From Tubulanus polymorphus (Eukaryota; Animalia; Nemertea), in contig NC_134026.1 of NCBI RefSeq assembly GCF_964204645.1, positions 24,958,150 to 25,022,149 of the forward strand: a DNA stretch of 64,000 nt, in the 5' to 3' direction. Shown here piece after piece: positions 49,108-61,689 of the stretch. Numbering within the stretch: the first letter of the stretch is position 1; the number at the start of each line of letters is the position of its first letter. The notes beneath the pieces were generated by a model, which did no database searches, was not told the origin of the DNA, and saw nothing but the letters and a program-made list of their open reading frames with translations. The position numbers and the translations under genes were made by a program.

Positions 49108-49711
49108 CTAAAAACTTATGCAGTTGCTTCCATACATTGCCAGTATACATGGACATGTGCATTTAATGTATGTTATGTTGGCAATTGAATCCAGTTCTTC
49201 CATTATTTAATGGACAGTTGATTTAAATGGTGCTGTTTTTATTTACCTGTACATACACAAAACTATGAAATCTTGCATTTTACTTAGACTATACATCAGT
49301 GCTGTGGTATTATTACAGTTGAAGGATATTTATGTTGCAGTTAATGTATAACTGTAATTTAGTTGCAGAAATGTCAGTAGTAACTAATAAAATGTAAATG
49401 AGGTGCTTAACCAATCCTTCAATTATGCAATTGTAAGAAATATATCCATTACTAGATCGTTGCAAATGGTATCGTTATTCATATATGTTAATTAATACCC
49501 TTATTGTTATGTTTTCTTCTGATATTATTAGATTTAAACTATTTCTTTAATGGCAAATATACTTAAATTATTGTGTACATTGTGGTTCTTATCGAATCAA
49601 TATGAATGTTTAATCAAAACCTCATTGGCAGTTTGTATAAATCAGCTAGTCAGATAATGTGTATTGTCTGAAAAACAGGTGACTGATTGAATGCATGTAC
49701 ACGTATTGGAA

Positions 49712-49862
49712 CAGTAGAATCCACTTAATTCGGATCATTTGGGACCAACAAAATTCATCCAGTTTCTAAAAATCCGGATTATAAGTCATTTTCTTGTATA
49801 TTTATGAACAGACTGCAAATATTGTCTGGATTAAGCTGATGTGGATTAAGTGGGTTTGACTG
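49712..49862. mobile_element. pogo/Tigger-like MITE
   Basis: TIRs CAGTAGAATCCACTTAAT ... ATTAAGTGGGTTTGACTG followed by TA; internal (C/T)GGATTA motifs. Confidence 0.7.
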
Positions 49863-51418
49863 TAGTTGATAACAGTCTCAAACTGAGGCATCAATTTGAA
49901 ATCTTTTATTCATTGTTTATCGTAAGCAAATCTAGAATTTATATTCAAAAGTCTCTAATTGTCATTTCTAAACAATGAAGGGTTTGGTAAAGTAATATTT
50001 TGTATCAATTCTCATTTTTAAGTCTTAGACTTCCATCTGGTATTTCCATCTAATGCATATCCTGGCCTTCATACCGTTTGGAATGAGAGCCAGTTTAGTA
50101 GGTGAAATGTACAAGATTGAAGGATTTGTCACCTATTAAACATCTATGTCTCTCCTGCCTCAGCAATTTAAAATCATGTATTCAGTTATTGTACAAATCG
50201 CCATTACAATCAATGGAAGTTTCCTTTGTGGAAAAGTAAGGCATCCAATCACGATAACGTATTGTAAATCCTGTTGAAAAATTTCTTAGAACCTCAGATC
50301 CACTGATTCTAGAAAACAGAATCATGTCTTCAAAGGCCTGTAGCTAATCCAGTTTCGTGCATTACTTGGCTTCTTAAAAATCTTAAGGAAACTGACCGAT
50401 TCTGAAATCAAATGCGACAATTGTTGGGGGTAGATGAAGAGACTGAATACATTTCTAATTGATGTTAAAAATGTTCAAGATAACTGATGAACAGTTGACA
50501 GATCACAATGTGCATGTCCTTCAATTAGTCACTTTCTCATTCACTTCACGAAATGTACTTCAATCTGACCTCATGTCCTTCTATATTGATAATGAAGTTC
50601 ATTTATGCTAGTAAATACAATCTCTTTCCATCAAGTAGGTATATAATGATACATAGGTTATTTAGCTCTAGTTGTTGAAATTCTTTGTTTATTGCCTTGA
50701 GGCTATGTTATTGTTCTTTAAATTGTATCTCTTTTTCCTATTAATTACAACTGTAGATCTTTAGTTTGCCAAAACTTGCTAGTCTTCATTTTTGTGTATA
50801 GTGATAGTTTTCGTGGTGCAAAAGACTTCAGTTGATATCCATACTGTACTACTGCATAAATTACAATGTTCTGCTGTCAAGATTGTAAATGTAAAAAGCC
50901 ATTGTTCGGAAATTTAAGGGTTTATCCTATATAAATAGGTTGGAGGGTTCTGGTCTTAGTTATTTCGCAAAAATCTAACTGCTTAAGTTCAGTATTAAAA
51001 GTTAGAATGGTGATAAATCACAAGTTTACACCATAAAAATTCACTTTGATGTATGCAAAATAATGATAGTTAACGAAACCCTTCTGGGGAATGAAAACCT
51101 TGAGGTTTATATTTTTATACTTACAAAAAAAATGTTTCTATAAGTGTAAGAACTTCGCTGATATTTGAATTATAGTATTTTATTGAATGCAATAAATTAA
51201 GTTATTATTACGAGATAATTTCTAATTTCATCTTTGTTAGTAAATTTGGATCCATTGACCATAGTCAGCTCTAAGTAATCAGGACGTGAAGAAGTAGACC
51301 ACAAAACTGCCGACATTTTCACGATAGTTATAATTTATTTACAAATTTTTATAGCAAATTGTTCATTGAAATGCATTTCTAACAGTCAGACTGGTCCACC
51401 TCACTAACAAGTCTTAGA

Positions 51419-54200
51419 TCATGAATCATTCGGTAATCCAAATACTTTAACAGTCCCTGCATCTCGTTCTCGCTCATATTTTAACTTATCATCGCAAGCA
51501 AAAGCCAGTAGATATCTTTTGGGATGCCAAGCAACTGTAAATGTAGGAGATTCACAAGGAACTTCTGTAACTTTTTCACCTGAAAAACAAAACACAAAAT
51601 ATAATAATAACACAAAAACTAGGGGTCCAGGGACACCATGCCCACTTGGGAAGTGGTTCCAAATGCTCAACAATCTAACAATTTCAATATTCAACGCCCC
51701 CTGGTGACCATATACAGAATCCAATGACCTTGAAACTCACCACAATTATAGAACATGTCAGCAGCTACGATTTTGTAATTGATTGTGATAACAAAATATG
51801 CCTCGTTACCACTTTAATATGGAAATACTTAAGTATTCTACTATTCAACGCCCCCTGGTGACCATATTCAAAACCCAATGACCTTGAAACTCACCACAAT
51901 CATATAACATGTCACGAACTATAACTTTGTAATTGATCATGGTAACAAAATATGCCTAGGTACCAATATAATAAGGAAATACTAAGTTATTCTACTATTC
52001 AACGCCCCCTGGTGACCATATAGAATAACTAATGGCCTTAAAACTTGCCACAATCATAGATGATGTCATGAGCTACAACTTTGCAATTGATTGTGGTTAC
52101 AAAATATGCATTGATACGAATATAATATAGAAATACTAAGATATTGCATTATTCAACGCCCCCTGGTGGCCATATACAAAAACCAATGGCCTTGAAACTC
52201 ACCACAATCATAGAACACGTTATGAGCTACAACTTTCTAAATGATTGTGGTAACAAAATACGCTTAGGTATCAATATAATGTGGAAAAACTTTTTCCCAC
52301 TTACGAATGAGTACTGCTGACACCAAGATGGCCGCCAATTGCGTCATAATTGGCTGATGAAAAATACCTGTCTCAGGTATAAAACATCCCTTTCGAAGAA
52401 TACCCATCACAAATTGCAATGAGAAATGATAAACCAGTAGGAAGCTACAGGACTCAGAATTTGGGCCAAAATTACATTTTTGGGCACTAAAAAGGTCATA
52501 GGACGGCCATCTTAGAGTCCGATCGACCCAATTTTTGTTATGCTGATGGGCCCTGGGGGAATTCATATATATCCGAAAGATCAAGGTAATTGATCAAAGC
52601 GTCTTCAAAATTTCCCTCAAAAAGTTCAAAAATGTGTAAAAAGTGCTGATTTTGGCGAACAACAATGGCTGCCAGTCGGCCATCTTGAATCTGACAGGGC
52701 CAGTTTTTGGGCTGAAGATGTGTCTAGCGTAGATACATGTGTAACCCAAATATCAAGACATTACCTTGAAGCGTCTTCAAAACTTCCCAAAATAACTGGA
52801 TTCCGTCTATGGACGAACGGGCGAAAAGTGAACGCAATAGCCCGCTGGGACTAAAGTCCCAAGTGGGCTAATAACAAGATCAACTCAAGCTATTGGCAAT
52901 GTGATACAGTAAACTGCTCTACTCAGTACTGTTGGGATATTTAATATTTCGAGTTCAGAATGGGATATAGAAGGTTTTTGCAAAATTCACTGAGTAAAGC
53001 GGTCTCTACTCTACTTGAATAGAAACAAACCTGTTTCAGTTTCTGCAATGTCAATACAGAGATCTTCAGAGGCCGATGCTAATAATTTTCCATCGTGACT
53101 AAAACTAAGAGTTCTTACAGGCCAGTCCAATCTGTAAGAGATGATAAAACAATCGATCACTGAATTGATAGCCTAGTCAATTCAGTAAGCTGATATTAGC
53201 AACAACTGTTACCTGGATAATGTACGGACACAAACAAGTTCATTCATATCCCACAACGAGACCAAGGCATCCGCACTTCCAGTGGCAAAGTATTTGCCCT
53301 TAGGATCGAACTCGATGCAAATACAGTTGGCAGGATGAGCATTTAGAACGTACTGTAGCTTTAAATCTGGATAGCTGAAATGAAAATTCAAATTGCCATT
53401 GAATATCAACTTTGAACGACAGGACCTCAAGTTATTTTTGAAGAACTTACTTTAGAATATGAATGCTGCCATTACCACTTGTCAAAAAGAATAAATCACC
53501 CTCATTATTCCATGATATTTCATTAACTTCAAACTTGAATTGTTCCTCGACTTTAACTTTATGAGACCTGACATCAATAAATGTAACCAGATCCTCTTTA
53601 TTACCAACTGCAATTGTGTGACCATTTGGTGACCAGCATATATTGATATTTTCACCTATAAAAGATATACTTTTGACATTCTCTACTCAGGTTAGATATT
53701 TGTTAATATAATAAATACCTAGACTAAATAAGATCTATGGCAAGTGGATACAAACCAGTCAAACAAACCTTTTGTGTTAACAGTTGCTACAGATTTGCTA
53801 GAGCGGCAATCCCACATTCTAACGCTCTTGTCTCCACTTGCAGTTGCTAGATGATCAGGATTGCTTGGATGCCAGCATAGCTGATCAACGCTATCGCTGT
53901 GACCACGAAATGTGTTCTCTTTTCCCTAACATAAATCATTTGAATATAAATAAGGACATTTGGACAATATCTGTAAACCGAACCTACGAATAAAACACAA
54001 TTAAATTGCATACATACGAGTCTGGTGTCTCTTTCCAATGAAAAAATGCAAACAGTTTTGTCAAAAGAACCGGATGCTAATTTCCTTCCATCGCAGTTCC
54101 AAGCTACTGAATGTACTTTAGATGAATGAGCGGGCAGCTCTTTGATTCTGTTATTCTTTTCAAAATGTTTCTGTATGTCGTGAATATGTTTATTCGACAT
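51419..54200 (-). CDS. THOC3: THO complex subunit 3 (Tex1), WD40 protein, 6 exons
   Basis: HSSKVHSVAWNCDGRKLASGSFDKTV, AHPANCICIEFDPKGKYFATGSADALVSLWD, TFTVAWHPKRYLLAFACDDK and DAGTVKVFGLPNDS*. Exons ~54200-54018, 53926-53770, 53656-53471, 53374-53213, 53131-53032 and 51579-51419. Confidence 0.96.
51617..52874 (-). mobile_element. Helentron-associated non-autonomous element (HINE/DINE-1-like) in the last THOC3 intron
   Basis: On the - strand the 5' end is a hairpin, TTAGCCCACTTGGGAC-TTTA-GTCCCAGCGGGCTA, followed by a CCGTTCGTCC microsatellite-like seed. The 3' end has a subterminal inverted copy TCCCAAGTGGGC followed by ...GTCCCTGGACCCCTAGTT. Both ends sit in T-rich sequence and an internal tandem array lies between them. 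Confidence 0.75.
51691..52290. repeat. 154 bp tandem repeat, ~4 diverged units, inside the HINE
   Basis: TCAACGCCCCCTGGTG(A/G)CCATA starts at 51691, 51845, 51999 and 52153. Confidence 0.95.
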
Positions 54201-54523
54201 GACGTAGATTCTGAAATTCAGGAATAGGCCTCCTAACTCAGATTTTTTCTTTCGTTCCTTTTTTCGACTTTTTGTCAATCCGGAAGTTAAACGGAAGTAG
54301 AAGTTGACGTTAGATATTGGTACCCAGAGTATGGAATAAAGAGAAAACACGGAACGGACAAAACTTGGTGGCAGCACCGTACGATACCCTAGCGGAATTT
54401 CTGTGAGTTAATGTAACGGTGGTGTACGGTGAGAAATCCTCAGTGTTGCTATAGCGACGTTTACAATATGGAGGATATGAAACTTTGAGATAGGTGAATA
54501 AGATCCGATTAGTGAATGAAATA
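54201..54523. promoter_or_regulatory. Bidirectional THOC3/TEX36-like promoter with ETS sites and an RFX X-box
   Basis: The two ATGs are 323 bp apart, head to head. CCGGAAGT at ~54280, CGGAAGT at ~54292, X-box-like GTTGCTATAGCGAC at 54445-54458. Confidence 0.65.
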
Positions 54524-56693
54524 ATGCCGAAAGGACGGAGTTTTGCCCCTGACACACACGGTGATGGAGTCTGGGTAAGAAAGAAGTACCAGCAAACAAA
54601 TAAAAAGCTTAAAAGAAAAAGGCGATAGGCCTATGCGATGCCTGCTATGCTGCAGCTATGGCCCTGGCTGCCATGTACTTGTTGTTGTTTGTGTACCTTT
54701 CTCTTTTTATAGGCCTATCCGAAAATTAGCAACCAGATAGGCCCTCTAGGCCTAAAAGATTTAACTTTCTAATCATCTCCTCTCGTCCCGACCCATTGGT
54801 CCATACCATGGAACTACAAATAGTTTCATTCTATTCAATTTTTATGAGATAAGTCGAATAAGAAATATTGTCAAAATACTTGGAACTATTCAACAGCGCA
54901 TTGTTGCATCTGAGGATTGATTTTTCTGTCTCGATATGGCTGATTCGAATTAAGGTGATTCAGTACGAAGTAATGAAAATAATTTCGACTTTTGGAGCCT
55001 CGTAGAAAAATCTCCCATGAAATTCAACTAAAGCGGTCTTGATTGTAATTTCACTGTTTCATCTTCCATGACTTACGATTACAGTTCCATCATCGAGGTC
55101 TCACTGATCCTGGGCCTCTTCGAAGAGAAAAAGACACAACACAAGGTTTAATGTTTACTACACCATACATGACAGAATATAAACGAGTACCATTTCCCCC
55201 ACCAGCTCCTTATCTTCAAAAAGAAAGCGTGAGTATCTTACTCTTTGTCACATCAGTTTAACTCATTTTGATCAATGCCACATCCTAACAAAGTTGTTGT
55301 CTTTCTTTCCTCAATTTATACAACTGATTTAAGGGAATCTGCCCCCCCCCCCCCCGAAGTCAGGCATTAATTTTTACAATCATGTTTTCAGGGACCAGAT
55401 CCTCCACTCACAAGTATTCCTATTTCAAACGTTACTGATGACTTGGTATAATCTATATTCATAATGCTTGCATGAATAGCTTTCTTCAAATATGAAAAGC
55501 TTTTGGCTATATCATATGCCTACTAAGCTCCAATTGACCTGGCTCTTTGCTCTCGGGATGTAATTGAGTTTAGGAATAAATCTAAGTTCGAGAGATATTT
55601 GAGGAGTCTAGATAAACATGTTTAAGATATTTCATTCTGTGATGCAAAGATTCAAGTGAGATGCGCCCAATGTAGTAGGCAAGGGTTACCTATATAGCCT
55701 GCAGTGCACAGATCTTGCTTATACAAGCTACTCACTAAGGGATCATTCATTTATTACGTACGCATTAGGGGAGGGGTCAGTGCAATTGCGTACTGTAATG
55801 CTTAATGTATAAGAAAAAATGGCCAATTTTGCGTACAGAGGGGGAGGGGGGGTTGAAAAAGTCAAATTTCATGCGTACGCAATAAATGAATGATCCGTAA
55901 CCAGAAAATGCTATAACAGCTATTCTAGTATTGTATATATATATATGTATATTATGTGATTTTCTATTTTCACAAACCTTATGCCATTTAAACAGTATTT
56001 TCTATTATAATGATAAACATACTTTTTCATCAGACAGAATTTAGCCTTGAAAGTCAATAAATACTACAGGTATTTTTATTTTTCAGAGAAATTATAAGCG
56101 AGACAACCCATTCTCGATGCATAACAACCGCCATTCATTGCAAGATCATGGAGTTTATTTTGGAAATGTAGGTTCCTTATATAAGAACAATGACTTCTTT
56201 GATACATGTATACGGTAATTTCTAGAATTTATTTCTCTAATTTATGGATGTTTTTTGTTTACAGGGAAAAGATACAAGATTTTATGGAAAAACGGTTATG
56301 GCACCAGAACGACAGCATAAGTCAGACAAAGAATTTCTTCTGCACAGTGGCCGACATATTTATGCCTATGATTATAGATCATCATATCGTTCGAATTTTC
56401 TCGGTGACAAATGCGAAGAACCACCCGTTTACCGAAGATTTCCTCAACACCACAAGGAAGGTGAATCTGGAATAGCAAGTCTGGCGACACAAACTACTTC
56501 TGCTTTTGATGCAGATGATACACACAGAACTCCGTTACAAGTTCTTGCATCCAGTCAAGAGCCATTCCTCAAGACAAATAAATGGAAATATTCGTACCAC
56601 GGGCTCCCACGAATTTACCCAAGTTATGATTTGAAAAATCATCCGAATCATTTAAAGTCTAAAGCAACACAACAGAAAACCTGTCTCTTTTGA
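54524..56693 (+). CDS. TEX36: TEX36-like (HDNR-domain) protein, 5 exons, ~252 aa
   Basis: Exons 54524-54574, 55085-55228, 55392-55445, 56087-56167 and 56265-56693, all phase 0. Protein: MPKGRSFAPDTHGDGVW|FHHRGL...NPFSMHNNRHSLQDHGVYF...YRRFP...LASSQEPF. Confidence 0.8.
55739..55897. mobile_element. PIF/Harbinger (Tourist-like) MITE, 159 bp
   Basis: 27 bp TIRs GGGATCATTCATTTATTACGTACGCAT and ATGCGTACGCAATAAATGAATGATCCG, flanked by a TAA duplication (55736-55738 and 55898-55900). Confidence 0.88.
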
Positions 56694-58196
56694 TTTAGTA
56701 TTGTAAATAGAAAGAGCGCACAGTGATTATTATTATGAGATTAAAAGATATAAATTTACTGTAAGACTAATTGTTTTTATTACAGCGGAATGAAATCTAT
56801 TTCCACTCATAAAAGATTACAGTAAAAGTCTGCATGTGCCTATGGGATCTTTCTGTGAGAGTAACTTATTTTACATATGGTAGATGTTCTATGTTCTTTG
56901 ATCCCTTTTTGATGGGATTTATTGTTCTTTAACATGTAAATGCGCCTTGAATGCTGTGGTATGTTGATTTTTTATCACAATCTGCCTCTTTTTAACCTAT
57001 ATTTTACATGTAATGGTGATAAAAGAGTAAATATATAAATTTTCTGTTGTTTTTAAACTGGATTTTACTGTTACCAGGTATTTATCTTGTGTGGTGTTTA
57101 TACAACATCTTGGATAATCTCCTTAACCTCTCTGCAAAGACTTCTCCCTACAGACCTGGCCTCAATCGGACTCTACATAAAGACTTCTCATTTGACTCCA
57201 ACAGACTTCTCTATTGGATAACACAGAGCAGGTGGGAGATGTATATCTCCCTGATCGGAGCGTCTCTACAGATCGATCATCAGACTCTACCACTCTCCTT
57301 TAGCAGATCAGTCTCTTTATAGGACAAACCTCGCAAGTTTATTTCATGGAAAGTGAATCAGGTTCATTACTGCTGTAATGCAAGCACCCGATGGGAGGGA
57401 ATAAGTGAAAGGAAGAGAGAAGAGTGGTTGAACATTCGTTAATGTATGCGTAGTGTATCCACGCCTTACCATAAATAAACTGCCAATTGAAAAATAACTC
57501 CTTACATAAAGATTATCATAGATTTATTTCACAGCTATTTACAAAAAATAAGAGTACCAGTATCATATACGAAATCATTTTTGACTTAAGATAGCACTAC
57601 AATTCACCATGGACTGTACTTCACAACAATGATAACACTGTATTACAATACATCAAGATTAGCCTTATTTATAATTTTTATTTCGGTAAAAAATAAAACA
57701 CTTACATCACAGCATGTTTTATTTTTCAGTTTATCATATCACACCATGAAGGCTTTTATGCGTGTACTTCGTGGTTTTTTTTCATGAACACTTTCATTTT
57801 ACTCAGTGTTGACCATTTGGTTTGGATAGACCTGTATCTTTTCAATAAGATTCTTCAGCTCACTGGAAGCAGCAATAAGCAACTCACATTTAATGACATA
57901 ACCAGCAAGTAAAAACATTCTTTGAAATTTTCATCAATTATTGATTGAAAGAAAAATACTACCCATCGTAACTTGGGCTTTCTTGTCTTTAATATTCATA
58001 ACTGACGTTATTGAATTATAGTGCTTCATACTCTTATTACATTTTACATGTATTCATATTACAAGCAGTGAATACGTGAGAGTTTATCGATCATCAACAG
58101 ACATCAACAACACTTGCTCCAGTATCAAAATTGTCAAACATGATACCCAATTATTGTCTCTTCTCAAAAAGTTCAGTGCAATAAACTAATCTTTGG

Positions 58197-61100
58197 TTAC
58201 ATCACAAACACTTTCTCGGCGTCTTCCAAATTGTATATTTCTTTTGTGCGTACGCAAACAATCTTGCCTTCATTTGCTTCAGCCATTGCTGTCAGAGACT
58301 GAAATCAGGAAAGCATGAATTATTCAATGGCCAGTAGATATAACATGTAGAAAACAGGTCTGCAGTAACTAAATATCAAAGATGAACTATTAATTGATGA
58401 ATTTACCTCAAGTCCATAAACTTGGCCATTTGGAAGCATCATCGGTGGATTGTTCTCATTCATTGGTTTATTTCCAATGCCACAAATTAGTCTTGATTGT
58501 GAGCAATGAGAATAAGGGAGATTACGAGCTAACTCATTTAGGTACTTGCTACAGACAGAACAATCCGCATTCCTTCCATCACCATCTCGCTTATAGCAAT
58601 GACTGAGATTCAACATCAAGATTAAATAAATACATTTAGATCACAATCATATACAATCGAAACCCCGAATAGTGTCCCTATAGCATAGCATGAATATGAA
58701 CTAGAGGTCCATATGGACACCATGCCAACTTGGAGAAATGCTCGCTGCTGAGTAACAAGGGACGAAAAAGGAAGCCTAAAATATAAATTTCACATATTTG
58801 AGAAGGATACGGTGTTTTTAGTGCTGAAAGTCCCGCTTGAAGACAAACACCAAATATGGAATGAGAATTCAGTTGATGTAGTTTGAAGTTTTCTTGTCGG
58901 AATTGTTGAACTAGAGAATCCCATCTTGAAGGATCAAGCAGCTCCTTAAGTAAAGAAAATATATCACTAAAACAGACATGCCATATCTATCATCTAAAAT
59001 ATAATATGTAATCACTAATATATGTACTGGGTATACGATGAGTGATTTTATACTTGGTGTGACACTGGAGTAGTGTTAGCGTTAGTCCAACATCGAGTTG
59101 AAATTAACACCAGTGTTAGGTGTTGAGTAGGAGTATTATACATACACTCAATTACACTTAATACGAAATGAAACAACACCAAGCATATCATTTTCAGTAT
59201 TTCAGGGTCTAAGACTAACACTTTACACGAGATCCAAACACTGAATATGAAATCACTCAATGTTGAATTCATGTTAGTACCTTATAAGGTGCTACTTGAG
59301 TATCACTCGGAAATGCAAGTAAGCCCATGACGCGCTGTACATCATTCAATTGATTATCTTCAAGGTTTGTAAAATACTTTCTGGCATGTCTGTAAATAAT
59401 AGCATACAGACAGATTTACAACAAAAAATCACCCGAATTATCTGAGTATTTTAAAGAATAACTTACTTAACAGCATCCAACCTTTTGTTGGATCTGATGA
59501 GTTCGATAAATTCCTGAGTTCTCAGGTTAAATTCTAGTGAGCTCTGTAAAGACATAGTGTTATGCAAGTTAGTGATGAATGCGAATACTATTTTTTCTAG
59601 GTGTAAAACGTCATCTGATAAATGAAGATAACTGAAAGTTTCTGCCACCAACAACTCTGAAAAGTGATAAGAATTTCATGCACAAAATGTGATATAATCA
59701 TACACATCAAACATGATGCACTGTCCAAGCAATTAAATGAGCATTGATGATATGATCCTTTCTTCTTGTAGAGAAGTGTTGTGTTGACTGTCCAAGCAAT
59801 TGAAATGAGCATTGATGATATGATCCATTCTTCTTACCGTATCTGACTGAACTAACGCAATACTGCTTTCAATCGCACTTTTACTAACATTAATCGGCCT
59901 AATAAATGCACCCAGAGGATCAACAGCTGTTCGTCTATTAACCTGAAGAGATACAAACACACACGGTGCACACAGTAAGAGACTGGTCGAGATGATTTAG
60001 GCCGGTGAATCAATCAGAAATATGGTTCAGTCAGGTACGGTCATACATCCTCGCATACTAGTACAGATGATGATAGCAACAGATCAGAACATTCCTGTTA
60101 TATTATATGCACCAAACGCTGTGGTGTTGACACAAGCGGGAAATTTACCTTCATTTTTCGAAGTTTTGATTTGTTATCATGACACCAGGCTAAACATTTT
60201 GCTGTTTCTTTCCTCATCAAAGACTCTTCAACTTCTTTGCTGATTAAAAATAGTTCAATGTTTGTTAAGTCCTAAAATGAAATCCCAGCAATATCTTATA
60301 TTTCAATCAGAATACAAATCCTGTTCATTGAGTAAAATAGTTGAAAACTTCATCCCTAAAATCATTGATACAATTTTGATTATGATTTAAGAACCTACCT
60401 CTATGCCAGAATCTTTTGCCAGCTTCAATGCAGTTGAATAAAAACCTGATCTCAAGAAATAATCAACTAACATTCGATCTAATCGCTTCTTCTTCCACTG
60501 AGCTTGCGCCGACAATGAAAGTTTTTCGAACTCTTTTAGGTGATCAACTCGGCGTTTGCAGGCTTTTGCGGCTTCTGTCTCATCTACAATACTTTCTGCT
60601 GCCTGAAAATGATTGGATCCAGAAATGTAAATCAACATTTAAGATCTCACACAGAAATATCAACGGTGCGAAGACTTACTTTACGTTTTAATAAGGTTAG
60701 TTTTTCAACCACTCCAGACAACACTTTAGTTACATCCCCTGCTTTCACATCTTTGCCTTGTAGACATTTTTCCAAGTCATTTGTCGCGTTATGAACATGA
60801 GACACTTCCCGATCTATATTCTTTTGAGCCGTTCGAAATTTCTTGTTCAAAATTTCATAAGGCACCTACAATGAAATAGAGAAAAGTTAAGTAAAATGAG
60901 CCGTTAAGTATAACTTTTAGTGAAAGATTCAATAATAATTTAGTAATCATGGTTTCCACATGGCGTTACCCTTTAACAATGACTACTAAGCTGGGCCTGG
61001 GGCGGGGGTCAACCCACTGGACTGGCTAGGTATTCAAGAAAAACAGGTCTCATCCATTAATAAATAGACATTAGAAGTAATTATTGTCTAATACTAATAC

Positions 61101-61330
61101 GTCTTAGACTTAGAGGGTACATTTAGGGACTTAAGCCAAGTAACATAGCAGTAGAGCGCTATTCTTCTTTGCCTTGGTAGCTATTAGCGAACCACGTAAA
61201 TTATATTCTGTGATAGATTTGGAATAAAGTCAATACAATTCAATATTCGATGATGATAATCGTTAATAATTAGGAAGATGCAGTTAAAAACCTTTAAAGT
61301 CGGGTGTTCGAGCGATTTTATATCAGCCAT
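58197..61330 (-). CDS. MAEA: MAEA (Gid9/Fyv10), RING subunit of the CTLH/GID E3 ligase
   Basis: [13 protein letters not shown]|[20 protein letters not shown], LisH ([14 protein letters not shown]), CTLH ([15 protein letters not shown]), [34 protein letters not shown] and ...AEKVFVM*. Confidence 0.96.
58603..58810 (-). other. U12-type (minor spliceosome) GT-AG intron in MAEA
   Basis: Donor GTATCCTTC. Branch-like ATCTTGAT lies ~10 nt before the CAG, and there is no polypyrimidine tract. Confidence 0.8.
58699..58736 (-). repeat. Solo 3'-terminal fragment of the HINE family
   Basis: AACTAGAGGTCCATATGGACACCATGCCAACTTGGAG closely resembles AACTAGGGGTCCAGGGACACCATGCCCACTTGGGA at 51617. Confidence 0.65.
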
Positions 61331-61689
61331 GTTCATCAGCACATTCTGGTCTACCAAGCTCATATCTGTGCCGCTGTTTAAGATACTTTAAAGTGTTGAT
61401 ATCAAGAATTGAAACGTCTAGACATGAGTATGAATAGGGACTATGACAGTGTGTACGTCAAACATTATTGATTTGTTTGGATATGTTGGCTCGATATATA
61501 GGTCAACTAAAATGCATTATGGGAAAAGAATAATGTACCAAATTTTGGCTATTTTGCCTATTTTATCCATAATTCACAATATAATCCTAAAGGAAATTAA
61601 AATAATTCAATATAATCGCTCCGAGATGCCTTCAATTCAATGAATTAGCAATTCTTAAAATTAAAATTAGAATTCCCTGAATTCTGCAT

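Noticed and set aside
51691-52290. CRISPR-like regularly spaced repeats
   Set aside because: The 'spacers' are homologous to each other (154 bp tandem units), the context is a eukaryotic intron, and no cas genes are present.
60303-60370. Possible intronic C/D snoRNA in MAEA (ATGATTT...CTGA with a 4 bp terminal stem)
   Set aside because: The C box is degenerate and no rRNA guide sequence could be recognised. A snoRNA scan would be needed.
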